From Prasinococcaceae sp. CCMP 1430 (Eukaryota > Plantae > Prasinodermophyta): a stretch of 27,777 nucleotides of DNA. A model generated the notes under the pieces. That model searched no databases and was not told the origin of the DNA. It worked only from the letters and a program-made list of their open reading frames with translations. Below are positions 1 to 9,669 of the stretch, piece by piece. A program made the translations under genes and the position numbers. Location: NCBI GenBank assembly GCA_013416795.1, contig RQSC01000030.1:252038-279814 (forward strand). The letters are read 5' to 3'. Each line of letters starts with the position of its first letter. The first letter of the stretch is position 1.

Positions 1-43
1 TCGCGCAGGAGGCGGGCGCCGCCGCCGGCGGGGCGCGCGGGGT

Positions 44-2185
44 GTGTGCGCACGTGGAGGGATGGGAGGCAGCGGGCGCGACGTGGGCCTAGCGGCGCTA
101 CGACGGCTGTTCATCGCCAACCGCGGCGAGATCTCGCGACGCGTCGCGCGCACTGCCGAGCGCCTGGGGGTGCAGGCTGTTGGCGCGTGGTCGGCGGCCG
201 ACGCCCGCGCGCCGCACGCACTCGACCGTGCCCGCGGCACCAACCTTGGTGGCCTCGCCGCCGCCGAGTCGTACCTGCGTGCAGACGACGTCGTGGCTGC
301 CGCCGTGCGGCATGGCTGCGGCGCCGTACACCCGGGCTATGGCTTCCTCTCGGAGAACGAGGGGTTCGCCGACGCGGCCGAGGCAGCTGGCATCGCGTGG
401 GTTGGCCCGCCCGCGGCGGCGATTCGCGCCATGGGCTGCAAGCAGACGTCCAAGCGCATCATGGTGGACGCCGACGTGCCAGTGGTGCCAGGCTACCACG
501 GCGACGACCAGAGTGCGGAACGGCTGCGCGCAGAGGCAGAGAAAGTTGGCTACCCGGTCATGCTGAAGGCCACTCGAGGCGGCGGCGGCAAGGGCATGCG
601 CGTGGTTGCCACGGCGGACGACTTCGACGGCGCGCTCGAGAGCGCCCAACGCGAGGCGATCAACTCGTTCGGCGACGGCTCGATGATCCTCGAGCGCCTC
701 GTGCACTCGCCAAGGCACGTGGAGTTGCAGGTGTTCGCCGATTCGCACGGTAACGCGGTCTATCTCCACGAACGCGACTGCTCGGCGCAACGCCGCCACC
801 AGAAGGTGTTGGAGGAAGCGCCCGCGCCCGCGTACCTGCCGCAGTCCGTGCGCATCGCAATGGGCCAGGCAGCGGTTGACGCCGCCAAGGCTATCGCCTA
901 CCGCAACGCGGGCACCGTGGAGTTCCTCGTCGACGGTAACACCGGTGAGTTCTTCTTCATGGAGATGAACACGCGCCTGCAGGTGGAGCACCCGATCACC
1001 GAGGCCATCACCGGCCAGGACCTCGTTGAGTGGCAGCTGCGGGTGGCGATGGGCGAGGAACTGCCACTCACGCAGGAGCAGATCCCGCTCGACGGCCACG
1101 CCTTCGAGGCGCGCATCTACGCCGAAAAGAGCACGCCGCAAGGCTTCACGCCCAGCGCCGGTACGCTCCTGCGCTGGAGACAGCCTTCGAGCGCACCTGG
1201 CGCGAGCCTCGTCCGCGTGGACAGCGCTGTCCAGGAGGGCGGCGAGGTGTCGCCGCACTACGACCCAATGCTCGCCAAGCTCATCGTCAAAGCCGCCACA
1301 CGCGAGACGGCACTCGAGGCTATGCGCCACGCGCTCCGAGACTTCCAGGTGGCCGGCGTGCACACCAACATCCGCATGTTGCGTCAGCTCTGCGAGCAGC
1401 CGGAGGTGATCGACGGCGTCCTGACCACCGACTTCCTCGACAATGAGCTCGAACGCGTGCTCGAAACCGACATCGCTGGCGAGGACGCGCGCCAGGCTGC
1501 CGCAATTGCTGCTGCCGCGAGCGCTGCGCTGGCCAAGCAGCACGACCCTGCCGCCGCCAGCCACGACGGTGGCCTCAACGGCGCGTGGGCCGCCACCGAT
1601 TCTTTCGCCGCGCACGACGCGTCCATCGTTGGCGGCGGGAGCGTGCGTCTTGTGCCTGCAGACGGCGCGCCCGAGGACACGCACGAGCATGCGACTACCA
1701 CCGCCGCGGACAGCGTCGCGGTGGGCGAGTGGAGCGTCGATATTGTGTCGCTCACCAGTGGTGCTAACGGCTCGTTAAATGCATCGGTGCGCGCCCAGGC
1801 GCCGAGCGGTGACACGCTGGCGTTCGACACGCTCGTGGGCACGCCTGATGCGGCCGGCGACCGCTTGCGCGTGTGGGCGTGGGGAGAGGAGCACGCCGAG
1901 TTTGTATCGCTGCCTCCTGCGGGCGTTGAGGCAGCGAGCGACGGCGTGGGCGGCGTTGAGGGCACTGGCCGCATAGGTGCGCACATGCCCGGGAAGATCG
2001 TGGGCGTACACACCAAGGTGGGCGAGGCCGTCGCCGCTGGTGACGTGTTGCTCGAGCTCGAGGCGATGAAGATGGTCCATCGCGTATGCGCCGACGTGGA
2101 CGGTCTCATCATTGCTCTGGCCGAGCAGGATGCGCTCGTCAAGGACGGCGAGCTCATCGCGCACATCCAGGCGGGTGAGAAGTGA
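44..2185 (+). CDS. MCCA: 3-methylcrotonyl-CoA carboxylase biotin-containing alpha subunit (biotin carboxylase + BCCP)
   Basis: Motifs LFIANRGEI, HPGYGFLSEN, GYPVMLKATRGGGGKGMRVV, ERDCSAQRRHQKVLEEAPA, FMEMNTRLQVEHP and biotinylation motif EAMKM (2060-2074). The RHQK..EEAPAP signature favours MCC over PCC. The start is uncertain: 44 is GTG, first ATG is at 62, and the frame is open to the window edge. Confidence 0.88.
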   Translation: MCARGGMGGSGRDVGLAALRRLFIANRGEISRRVARTAERLGVQAVGAWSAADARAPHALDRARGTNLGGLAAAESYLRADDVVAAAVRHGCGAVHPGYGFLSENEGFADAAEAAGIAWVGPPAAAIRAMGCKQTSKRIMVDADVPVVPGYHGDDQSAERLRAEAEKVGYPVMLKATRGGGGKGMRVVATADDFDGALESAQREAINSFGDGSMILERLVHSPRHVELQVFADSHGNAVYLHERDCSAQRRHQKVLEEAPAPAYLPQSVRIAMGQAAVDAAKAIAYRNAGTVEFLVDGNTGEFFFMEMNTRLQVEHPITEAITGQDLVEWQLRVAMGEELPLTQEQIPLDGHAFEARIYAEKSTPQGFTPSAGTLLRWRQPSSAPGASLVRVDSAVQEGGEVSPHYDPMLAKLIVKAATRETALEAMRHALRDFQVAGVHTNIRMLRQLCEQPEVIDGVLTTDFLDNELERVLETDIAGEDARQAAAIAAAASAALAKQHDPAAASHDGGLNGAWAATDSFAAHDASIVGGGSVRLVPADGAPEDTHEHATTTAADSVAVGEWSVDIVSLTSGANGSLNASVRAQAPSGDTLAFDTLVGTPDAAGDRLRVWAWGEEHAEFVSLPPAGVEAASDGVGGVEGTGRIGAHMPGKIVGVHTKVGEAVAAGDVLLELEAMKMVHRVCADVDGLIIALAEQDALVKDGELIAHIQAGEK

Positions 2186-2340
2186 ACGCTCGCCAGCCCT
2201 ACACCCAACGCTGCGCGGGAGCACTTGCATCGTTGCTGCCGCAAGAGTGAGTTGCGCCCGTAATTGTACAGTAGTTTACTCAGGCGTTCATCACTCTGCA
2301 CTGCACCTCGCCCGTCGTCCTGGCGATCGAGCGCCGCGCA

Positions 2341-5300
2341 TCATACATGCTTGGGCACGACGGAGCCCGCCGCGGGCAGCGAGGCTTGATCGCGCGGGAG
2401 CTGCTGCAAGAGCGGCGCCTTTTCGACGTCCCAGAGCATGACCGCCCGATCGGACAAACCCACCGAAGCTACACGCGTGCCGTCGGCATTGAAGCGCACG
2501 CCAGCCACCCTCCCGCAGTGCGCGACGTAAGAATCGGCGGGCGAATCCAGCGCAACGCACGGGAAAGTAGACACGCGAAGGCCGCCGTGCTGCTCGGCGA
2601 GCACCACCGAGTCGCGGCTAGGCGACGCATGTAGAGAGCACACCCAGTCGGATGGCGCGGCGCCGTCGGCGGGCCATACGCCCATCACCTCGAATCCCAG
2701 CGGACGCGTATGCGCCGCCCAGCTCGCGCGAGACAAAACGGCAGAAGAGGCCACCTGCTCGCCCGTGCGCGAGTCGAAGAAAAGCGCTTCCGACCCCTTG
2801 CAGCATGTTGCAAGCAAGGCGCCATCCTCGGACCAGTCAACGGCGACCACGGCCGCGCCGTGGCCAGAGCACGCGGCAGCGCGCCGCAGGCGCACGGCAG
2901 GCGCTACGCTGCTTGCAGCAGCGCCGTGGGCCGTCGCGAGCGTCTGATCTTTCTCTGACGTGTCGAGCACGATAACCTTGGATCCAACCACCGCCGCGAG
3001 CCGTCCGCCGTCGGGGCTATACTCGAGCACTGCCACGCTCGTCGCGGACGCGGACGGCGCAGGCCGAGTAGTCCTCGCACTGCTCGCCTTGCGACCATCA
3101 CGCAAGGGATACGCGGACACGACCTCAGAGCTTCCCGGATCGAGCACGACCACACCGCCGCTCACGAGCCCAACGGCCAGCCTGTCGCCCGCTGGCGCCC
3201 AGGCGAGAGATTGCACGCCAGACGGCAGGCGACACGCGCGTAGCGCAACGCCACTGACGGCGTCAAACAGAAAAAGTTGCTCAGCTCCAGCGCCGCCGCC
3301 GCTGTGGGAGCCCACGGCGACGACATTGGGCTCGGTTGGGCACCAAGACACCGCACCGCCCGAGCTAGCCAAACCCGGAGACACTAACGTTGGATGGTAG
3401 TCCAGGCTGTCGGCCTCACCCGCGCCGTCGCCTATGGAATCGGGATCCGCAGCGAGGGTGACGTCGCATGCGGCGTAGACCTCCCCGCGCGCAGTGCCCA
3501 ACGCGATACATCCTGTCGCTGGCTGCACGGCCAGACCGAGCAACGCAGCTCCACCGGCCGCATCATGAATGGTGCGCACGTGCCGCAGCTTGCAGTGCGG
3601 CTCGGCAGTGACGTGCCACACGTGCACATCGCCATCGCCGCCGCAGCTCAGCACACGGACACCGCCCAGCGCCGAGGCGAGCGCCGCGACGCCGCCGCGG
3701 CGCCCGCAGTGCGCCGCCATGCTGTACGACACGCGTCCGCATTCCCACACGTAGAGCGCCCCCTCAGCACCGCCGGTGAGCAGTGCTCGGCCACCGGGCG
3801 CGTAGCATGCGCATCGCACATCCTGCATGGGCGCATCTCCGAAGCTCAGCGGCATGCTCGTGTACCCGCCAGACGTCGACCTCTGAGCACCGTCGTCGCC
3901 TATCGCGCTGTCCCCACTGAGGTCCTTCGCCAGTGCCATTCTCGACTTTGTAGGAGCAGGACGCGCCGGCGACCAACACCGCATGTGTCTTGGACCGAAT
4001 GTCACGAATTCGCCAGCGTCGCCACCATTGCCCGCGAAGGAGAACGCGTCGTGAACGGCGGGATTCCATAGTATCCCTCGCACTGCCGGTGGCGTGCCGG
4101 TCGCACACCGAGCCTCGAAGAGCTTGGTGCCGCCCGAAGCCCAAGCCCACACGCATAGCGTTGCGTGCGAGTCGCAGCCAACGGTCGCAAGGCGCTTGCC
4201 ACTCGGCGAAAACGCGATGGCTACTACGCCGCGCGTGCGCATCGGATGCTCAAGGCGCGCGCGCACTCGTGGCTGCGTCGAGCGGCCGTCGCCCGGGTGC
4301 GGTGCTTCCCACACAAGCACAAGTGCACCAGTCGATCCCCCACTTGAGCTGCCTTGTCCTGTCGCGAACACGTTGAGCGCGGGCGCGTACGCCATGGCTG
4401 TGATTTCGGCCGAATGGCCCGTAAAGTGCCTCTGCGCCCCAGTCGCTGTGTCTGCCACCACTCCTACGCCCGCCGTGAAGTAGCCCACCTCCCCACGCAC
4501 CAAAGTATACGCCATGCCAGACTGCAGAGCCATTCCCGCACCCTCTGCGCCGCAACCAAACCCGAGCGCACGCGACAGCTTCAACTTCACCGACGGGGGT
4601 TGCGACGAGGACGCCGCCATCGCAGCGGTGAACCCGCGTGGCGCTCGCACCGCAGTGCGGCATTGCGGGTACATGACGCGCGCGTGCTCCGCCGCCTCGG
4701 CGCCAGGGCCGCCCGGAGGCAGCGGGCCGTAAATGACCTCTTGCCGTGCAGAGTCGGTGGCGCCCTCACCCGCGAGCCTTTTGGCAAAGGCGAGCACGGT
4801 AATTGGCCCTCGGTCGCTCCCAGTCATGGCGCGCATGAGCGCGCGGGCCTCCGCAGTCGAGACGCGCACACCAAGCGCGCCACACGCATCGCGCAGTTGC
4901 AGGGTGGTCAGAGTTGGCGTGGGCAGCTCGCCTGTGGGCGCGACCATTCCCGCCGCCGCGGCGGCCGCCACTGCCCCCTCGGTATCCGCGGGGATCCACG
5001 TGCCATCCGACGCCACGACGTCGCTGATGCGGGGCGTCGCTCCCAGCTCCACCTGCGAGCGCTTCTTGGCCACGAGCGGCGCGCCCCGACGCCGCTCGAC
5101 GCGCCCGCCAAGCATATTAGCGAGCTCATGCGCGGCCTCCTCGTCGCGCAACACCTTAGCAGGGCGCTTAGCATCGCCCACTAGCACTGCGAAAGCGTCC
5201 TCCCGCGGGCGTGCCCCGGGTCGCCACTCGCGCAGCTCGGGGTTGTCAAACACAGAGCACGCCGCGGACACGATGGCGAGGCGCCGGCGCTGCGCCATCG

Positions 5301-6066
5301 AAGCGGAAGGGCCCTTCCGCAGCGATGGATTCCGCGAGCGAGCCACGGCGCCCTCGCCGAGGCCTTTCGCACGCGCGCAGGCTGCCTCCCAGAGCATGGA
5401 ATCGAGCTGATCGACCGCACGTGGAACATCTGGGCGCTGGGACGCCCTCGCGGTTGCGCCCGCGGCGCTCTCTGGTCGGGCGCCGCCCCTCCCTACGGTC
5501 GGCGCAGCTGTCTTCGGCCGCCGCCTCCGCGAAGGTCCAGCCCCATGTGCGTCGCGCTCGAGCCGCTCATGCGCCTCGATGGTGGCATCGAGGGGAAGCG
5601 TACCCGCTCCGCGCCATGGCCGCCCTACCGCGTTGGGTGCGGGAACGACGTGTCCTGACCTTGTGCGCGCGAATCGCGGCACCGGCGGCACAGCTGTGTC
5701 CGCCGCAACCGTCCTCGTGGGGCTCCCGCCATCAGCGTCCCCGAGCGCGAGGCTGCCCGGTGAAGGATGCTCGTCAGGCCCACCAGTGGCCAGGCCCATG
5801 GCGCTCTCGGCGTCCGGCACGTCCGGCTCTGGTGCGTTCGCGGAGAGCAGCCTTTCGGCATTTCTCGATCCCTCTGCCGCTGTGCGCAACGCGCGAGCGC
5901 TCGCCCACCCCTGCGCTCCCGTGCGCAGCTTGCGGCCCAGCTTGCCCTCCGTGTTGGCGCGGCCCGCCTCCTCGAGCACCGACCCGGCGCGGTACACGCC
6001 GATGGACGAGCGCAGCGCCCCGGGTCGCGTGCGCGGCTCGACGCGCTTCTCGCCGAACACCGTCAT
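2341..6066 (-). CDS. EML-like (echinoderm microtubule-associated protein-like) HELP + tandem WD40 protein with long N-terminal extension
   Basis: Intronless 1241-aa ORF from a true ATG. HELP-like PSVKLKLSRALGF followed by GEVGYFTAGVGVV..QRHFTGHSAEITAMA..VFATGQ. C-terminal GH..V.AVDWS.DG..L, W....LGFEVMGVWP and FPC...AH...V..VRF match the EML C-terminal propeller pattern. Confidence 0.8.
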   Translation of the reverse strand: MTVFGEKRVEPRTRPGALRSSIGVYRAGSVLEEAGRANTEGKLGRKLRTGAQGWASARALRTAAEGSRNAERLLSANAPEPDVPDAESAMGLATGGPDEHPSPGSLALGDADGGSPTRTVAADTAVPPVPRFARTRSGHVVPAPNAVGRPWRGAGTLPLDATIEAHERLERDAHGAGPSRRRRPKTAAPTVGRGGARPESAAGATARASQRPDVPRAVDQLDSMLWEAACARAKGLGEGAVARSRNPSLRKGPSASMAQRRRLAIVSAACSVFDNPELREWRPGARPREDAFAVLVGDAKRPAKVLRDEEAAHELANMLGGRVERRRGAPLVAKKRSQVELGATPRISDVVASDGTWIPADTEGAVAAAAAAGMVAPTGELPTPTLTTLQLRDACGALGVRVSTAEARALMRAMTGSDRGPITVLAFAKRLAGEGATDSARQEVIYGPLPPGGPGAEAAEHARVMYPQCRTAVRAPRGFTAAMAASSSQPPSVKLKLSRALGFGCGAEGAGMALQSGMAYTLVRGEVGYFTAGVGVVADTATGAQRHFTGHSAEITAMAYAPALNVFATGQGSSSGGSTGALVLVWEAPHPGDGRSTQPRVRARLEHPMRTRGVVAIAFSPSGKRLATVGCDSHATLCVWAWASGGTKLFEARCATGTPPAVRGILWNPAVHDAFSFAGNGGDAGEFVTFGPRHMRCWSPARPAPTKSRMALAKDLSGDSAIGDDGAQRSTSGGYTSMPLSFGDAPMQDVRCACYAPGGRALLTGGAEGALYVWECGRVSYSMAAHCGRRGGVAALASALGGVRVLSCGGDGDVHVWHVTAEPHCKLRHVRTIHDAAGGAALLGLAVQPATGCIALGTARGEVYAACDVTLAADPDSIGDGAGEADSLDYHPTLVSPGLASSGGAVSWCPTEPNVVAVGSHSGGGAGAEQLFLFDAVSGVALRACRLPSGVQSLAWAPAGDRLAVGLVSGGVVVLDPGSSEVVSAYPLRDGRKASSARTTRPAPSASATSVAVLEYSPDGGRLAAVVGSKVIVLDTSEKDQTLATAHGAAASSVAPAVRLRRAAACSGHGAAVVAVDWSEDGALLATCCKGSEALFFDSRTGEQVASSAVLSRASWAAHTRPLGFEVMGVWPADGAAPSDWVCSLHASPSRDSVVLAEQHGGLRVSTFPCVALDSPADSYVAHCGRVAGVRFNADGTRVASVGLSDRAVMLWDVEKAPLLQQLPRDQASLPAAGSVVPKHV

Positions 6067-6208
6067 CGCGGCGCGCTGCGCCGCGCGGCGCGCACGCTAT
6101 AGCGGTGCCGTGCGCCCGGCACGCCCGACTGCCCCCTCCCCCCACCTTCACCCCCCACGGGCGCGACGCGAGCCTCCGCAGCGCCCGTTTTTGAACGACG
6201 GCAACGCC

Positions 6209-6282
6209 GCGCTTTCGCGCGCGCCGCTCCGCGAAAGCGCCAGATGGCTCGCATTCGCCCCGATGCGGGGGCGCGTTTCGCG
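6209..6282. promoter_or_regulatory. 11-bp inverted repeat made of CGCGAAA motifs upstream of the EML-like gene
   Basis: GCGCTTTCGCG (6209-6219) and CGCGAAAGCGC (6230-6240), 10-nt spacer; a third TTTCGCG at 6276-6282. Confidence 0.4.
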
Positions 6283-6334
6283 GTGGGGGCGCCCGAACGC
6301 GCGCGCGGGCGCGACTGTAGGTAGCTGTAGTACC

Positions 6335-6460
6335 ACTGATGCGAAACCATATGGTTTGGGTTTGAAGTCTTGCGATATTTGGGGTTACTTTGATCGTACA
6401 GTCTGATATTGAATATGACGTACTTTGGTAGGGTTCGCTGAAGACGTTTTTAGATCGAAC
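6335..6460. promoter_or_regulatory. AT-rich intergenic island (probable core promoter / nucleosome-depleted region) with telo-box-like motifs
   Basis: Sharp drop in GC; palindrome AAACCATATGGTTT (6344-6357); TTTGGGTTT (6355-6363); TAGGGTT (6429-6435). Confidence 0.45.
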
Positions 6461-6613
6461 AGAGGTGGGAGCGGGCCGTTCCCCGAGCGCGTGCCCGCTC
6501 GCGCGCACCGAGCGCGCCACTTGCGGCGGCGGCGGCCACCGCCGCGCACGCGCACGCGTTCGAGCCCGGCCCGGCAGAGCGCGCGCGGGGGGCGGCCGGT
6601 CGTCACTTGCCCA

Positions 6614-6618
6614 TTACA
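6614..6618 (-). terminator. TGTAA green-algal polyadenylation signal
   Basis: TTACA on + strand, a few nt downstream of the stop at 6625-6627. TGTAA is the established chlorophyte poly(A) signal. Confidence 0.55.
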
Positions 6619-6624
6619 TTAAAT

Positions 6625-8421
6625 TTATCTGTCCTCGGCCACTGCTGCGGGCTCGTAATTTGTCCCCCCGTTGCTCGTGTCAGGACGCGGTGGCGAGGCC
6701 GGTACGTACTCCTTCGACCCCCGCGGCAGCGCCGCGCGGTCTGGCGGGCGCTTCGCGCTTTCCTCTTTCACAACCTTGAGCTCGGCCAGCGCTCGGCCCG
6801 AACCCCGCACGGAAGCCTCCTCAGCGCGCTCCAGGGAAAGGCGATGGCGGCGGCGCGAGCGTGCAGCAACGGCATGTAGCATCATCGCCGCAACGAACAG
6901 CCCCGAGCCCACGTCGATGTATGTGAAGCCCTCATTTCGTCTTTTGGATTTTTCGTTGTCATGCATGGATTTCTCGTAGGCATGTCTCTGCTCGCTCCAG
7001 CAGGTGAATGCACCCCCCGCGCCAGTATCGCCCCTGTCTGCGCCGCCACTGCCACTGTCCACGAGCACTCCGCATGGCAACAGCTCATACGCATCCAACG
7101 CCCATGCCGTGAGGAACCTGCTGGCGACATGCTCGCAGTCCTGCCACCCAGCCGCCTCGGGCGTCGCGATGGGAACATCCGCCGGGCGCGCGCGTGAAAA
7201 GGGGCTGTATGCGACATCACCCACGTCCTGCGTCGCCGCTGTCACCACAGTGTCACCGATGACGTCCTCGCTCACGTTTTGCAAAGGGCTTAGCTCGAGC
7301 GCAGCGCAAGGGCGGACGGATTCAGAGACGGACGCATCGAGCTCATCACCGTCGCCGCCGCCTACGCTGCCACTTTCGCCGTTTGCAGCGTCACTGCCGT
7401 GTCGCCACAGAACATAATTTGCGCCATTGGGACCATCCATGGCTGCAGTGGTGGCTACGCCTGCGTGCTCTGCTGCAGCGCGCACGTCTGACAACACCGT
7501 CGGAATGAGTTCCCGCCCCGAGTACTCAGTGCACGAGGCCACGAGCCCCGGCAAGGCCGCTCCATCGCCGGCGTTCGCGGCGTCCACGTGCGCGCGGTCT
7601 TGTGAGTGTGCGTACATGGGCACCACCTCACACACGCCCCACTCGACTGTCGGAAGCGATGCGCTTGACGTTCGGTGAGCCCCGTAGGCAACCAGCGACG
7701 CGCCCACCGCCGCCAGCATACAGCCAACGATCACCCAAGCGACGCTCGCGCAGCACGGTTTTTTGGCGCAGCTGAAGCGCCGCGTGGGCACGCCAGCGTT
7801 GAGCTGCGTCGAGCCGGTCTCCGAGTCGGTCTCCGAGCTGAGGCTCATACGCCGGGGCCGCGGGGGCCTCAGCATCGCAGGCTGAAAACCCGGCGTGCCG
7901 AAGGTGTGCGTCTGCGTGGGCGGTCCGCTTGACATGGGGAGTCGCGAGCCACCCCTGCGGAGATACCTTGGCACGAAAAGTGCGTGGCCGTTGCCCTGCA
8001 AGCCAGGACTCCCCAGTTGGCCAGTGCTGCCTCGCCGCGAGTTGCCGCCTGGCACGAACATCTCGCTTGCCGCAAGGTTGCCATCGCTCATTGTTCGGCG
8101 CATGGTGCGGCGGGCGCTGTGGCCGGGGCTCTCGGTGAACAGTCTGCCATCGCGTACACTGCCGCCGACGAGTGTGTTGTCGATGCTCCTGGATGCTATC
8201 AGAGGGCTCGACGGCAGGCCGAGCGAGCCGCTGCGCCGCCGCTGCTGCGGCTCTGTGCTCCTTTCGGAGTCGTACGCAGACGGCCCGCTCGCGAGCGAAG
8301 CGAGAGACGCCGCGCTCCCGAGCGAAGTGAGGCGAGGGTGGGCCGCGCTCTCATGCGCCCCCCCCGCGAAGCTGGGCGTCGCCTCGGCCCCTCTCGCGGC
8401 GTGTTCCGTGTGAGGCAGCAT
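6625..8421 (-). CDS. Hypothetical two-transmembrane protein with Ser/Arg-rich N-terminus and Cys-containing loop
   Basis: 598-aa ORF from a true ATG to TAA, followed by TGTAA. Hydrophobic segments VAWVIVGCMLAAVGASLVAYGA and VGSGLFVAAMMLHAVAA. No family recognised. Confidence 0.65.
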   Translation of the reverse strand: MLPHTEHAARGAEATPSFAGGAHESAAHPRLTSLGSAASLASLASGPSAYDSERSTEPQQRRRSGSLGLPSSPLIASRSIDNTLVGGSVRDGRLFTESPGHSARRTMRRTMSDGNLAASEMFVPGGNSRRGSTGQLGSPGLQGNGHALFVPRYLRRGGSRLPMSSGPPTQTHTFGTPGFQPAMLRPPRPRRMSLSSETDSETGSTQLNAGVPTRRFSCAKKPCCASVAWVIVGCMLAAVGASLVAYGAHRTSSASLPTVEWGVCEVVPMYAHSQDRAHVDAANAGDGAALPGLVASCTEYSGRELIPTVLSDVRAAAEHAGVATTAAMDGPNGANYVLWRHGSDAANGESGSVGGGDGDELDASVSESVRPCAALELSPLQNVSEDVIGDTVVTAATQDVGDVAYSPFSRARPADVPIATPEAAGWQDCEHVASRFLTAWALDAYELLPCGVLVDSGSGGADRGDTGAGGAFTCWSEQRHAYEKSMHDNEKSKRRNEGFTYIDVGSGLFVAAMMLHAVAARSRRRHRLSLERAEEASVRGSGRALAELKVVKEESAKRPPDRAALPRGSKEYVPASPPRPDTSNGGTNYEPAAVAEDR

Positions 8422-8874
8422 TGCGCTGCGCTACAGGCCTCGCCCAGGGCCGCCCCCTTCGCCCGCCCACCTCCCGAGAGCCTGAGGTGCGTGTGGAGGG
8501 CGAGGCGCTCGCGCCCGGGGCTCGCTGCGGTGCTCCTCGGCGCAGACGGCGCGCGCCGCGCGCGCGCCGTCTGCCAGCTCCCGTCGGCGGCNCACAGTCT
8601 TCGGCGCAGGAGACGGCGGCGCGGCATTCGGCCTGGGCGAGAGCTGCGGCGCCCGGGACGATGCCACAAGTGTCGCCAAGTCTGCGGGCGCGGCAGAAGG
8701 CGCGGCGGGAGCGCGCGGGAGGCGCGTGTGCGCGTGTGCGGTGGGAGGAACTTTGCTCTCTCGCTTCGCCCTCTCTCACGCGCGAGGGGTCGGAGGGTGG
8801 GTCGGGGGAGGCAGGGAAGGGGGAAGGAGGCCCGCGTCAAGCGCGAGTGCTCGAGGGCGCCGGCTCTTTTGTCC

Positions 8875-8901
8875 CCCTCCCTCCCTCCCTCCCTCCCTCC
8901 C
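8875..8901 (+). repeat. (CCCT)n microsatellite in a 5' leader
   Basis: About 6 tandem CCCT units ending ~20 nt before the ATG at 8920. Confidence 0.8.
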
Positions 8902-8919
8902 GCGCGCGCCGGTGTGACG

Positions 8920-9540
8920 ATGGAGGAGGCCACACACCCATGGGAGGCGCCTGAGATTGAGCCGCTCGGCGAGGACGAGGAGCTGGTGCTGGTACAGCTG
9001 CCGTCGCAGTGCGACGTGTCCAAGCTCACGCGTGTGCGGCTCGACGAGTCGCCGTTCGTGGCGGGCTGCGCGGGCGGCGCTGCGGGCGCAGGCATGGCGA
9101 CAGGCGACGCCGGCAGCTGGTGTGCGTGGGAGCAGGACCCGCGGGCGGTAGATAACCTGCGCGTGGTGGTGGCGGGCGGAACGATGAAGCTCGACCGCTT
9201 CGTCGTGTTGGCGGACACAGTGGCGCCGGATATGGCCGCGGCGCCCGCCGCCGCAGGGCAAGCGGGCGGTAAGCGCAAATCTGCAACCGCGGAAACCAAG
9301 GCGAAGGCCAAGACCGCCAAGGCGCCCAAGGCGCCCAGGGCCAAGAAGGCGAAGGCAGAGCCAGCAGGCGGCGACAAGGGCGCCGGGGCGGGCGCGGCGG
9401 GTGACGAGGAGAAACCGGAGGAGAAACCTCAGACGGCGGAGAAGAAGGCGGGCAAGAAGGCGGGCAAGAAGGCGGATGAGGGCAAGAGCGAGAGGCGATC
9501 GTCGCGGCCGAAGAAACCAACGAGGAAAGCGGGCTTTTAA
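8920..9540 (+). CDS. Small protein with N-terminal EELVLVQLP module and Lys/Ala-rich tail; RNA polymerase I subunit RPA34-like (tentative)
   Basis: 206 aa from ATG 8920 (the C-terminal part of ORF 7984..9540). DEELVLVQLPSQCDVSKL resembles the A34.5 ELWLIxxP dimerisation strand. Basic tail KAKAKTAKAPKAPRAKKAK...RRSSRPKKPTRK. Confidence 0.5.
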   Translation: MEEATHPWEAPEIEPLGEDEELVLVQLPSQCDVSKLTRVRLDESPFVAGCAGGAAGAGMATGDAGSWCAWEQDPRAVDNLRVVVAGGTMKLDRFVVLADTVAPDMAAAPAAAGQAGGKRKSATAETKAKAKTAKAPKAPRAKKAKAEPAGGDKGAGAGAAGDEEKPEEKPQTAEKKAGKKAGKKADEGKSERRSSRPKKPTRKAGF

Positions 9541-9669
9541 TCTTCATGTCACGCAATACTGCGGCACAGCGCGCGTACGAGGCGCACGTCTGTCTCTGCG
9601 TGCACGATACACTGGGATTCGCCTGCGCCAACGTGGCCGCGCCGGGGAAAAATTGCGCGCGTCGCGCGC

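Noticed and set aside
98-2301. Long minus-strand ORFs 98..1690 and 1384..2301, and similar shadows over EML, PGM and GATA
   Set aside because: Stop codons are scarce at this GC content; these are shadows of well-supported genes on the other strand.
7984-8919. N-terminal 312 aa of ORF 7984..9540
   Set aside because: It overlaps the antisense 2-TM gene and the promoter microsatellites, and is Arg/Ala filler typical of stop-poor GC-rich DNA.
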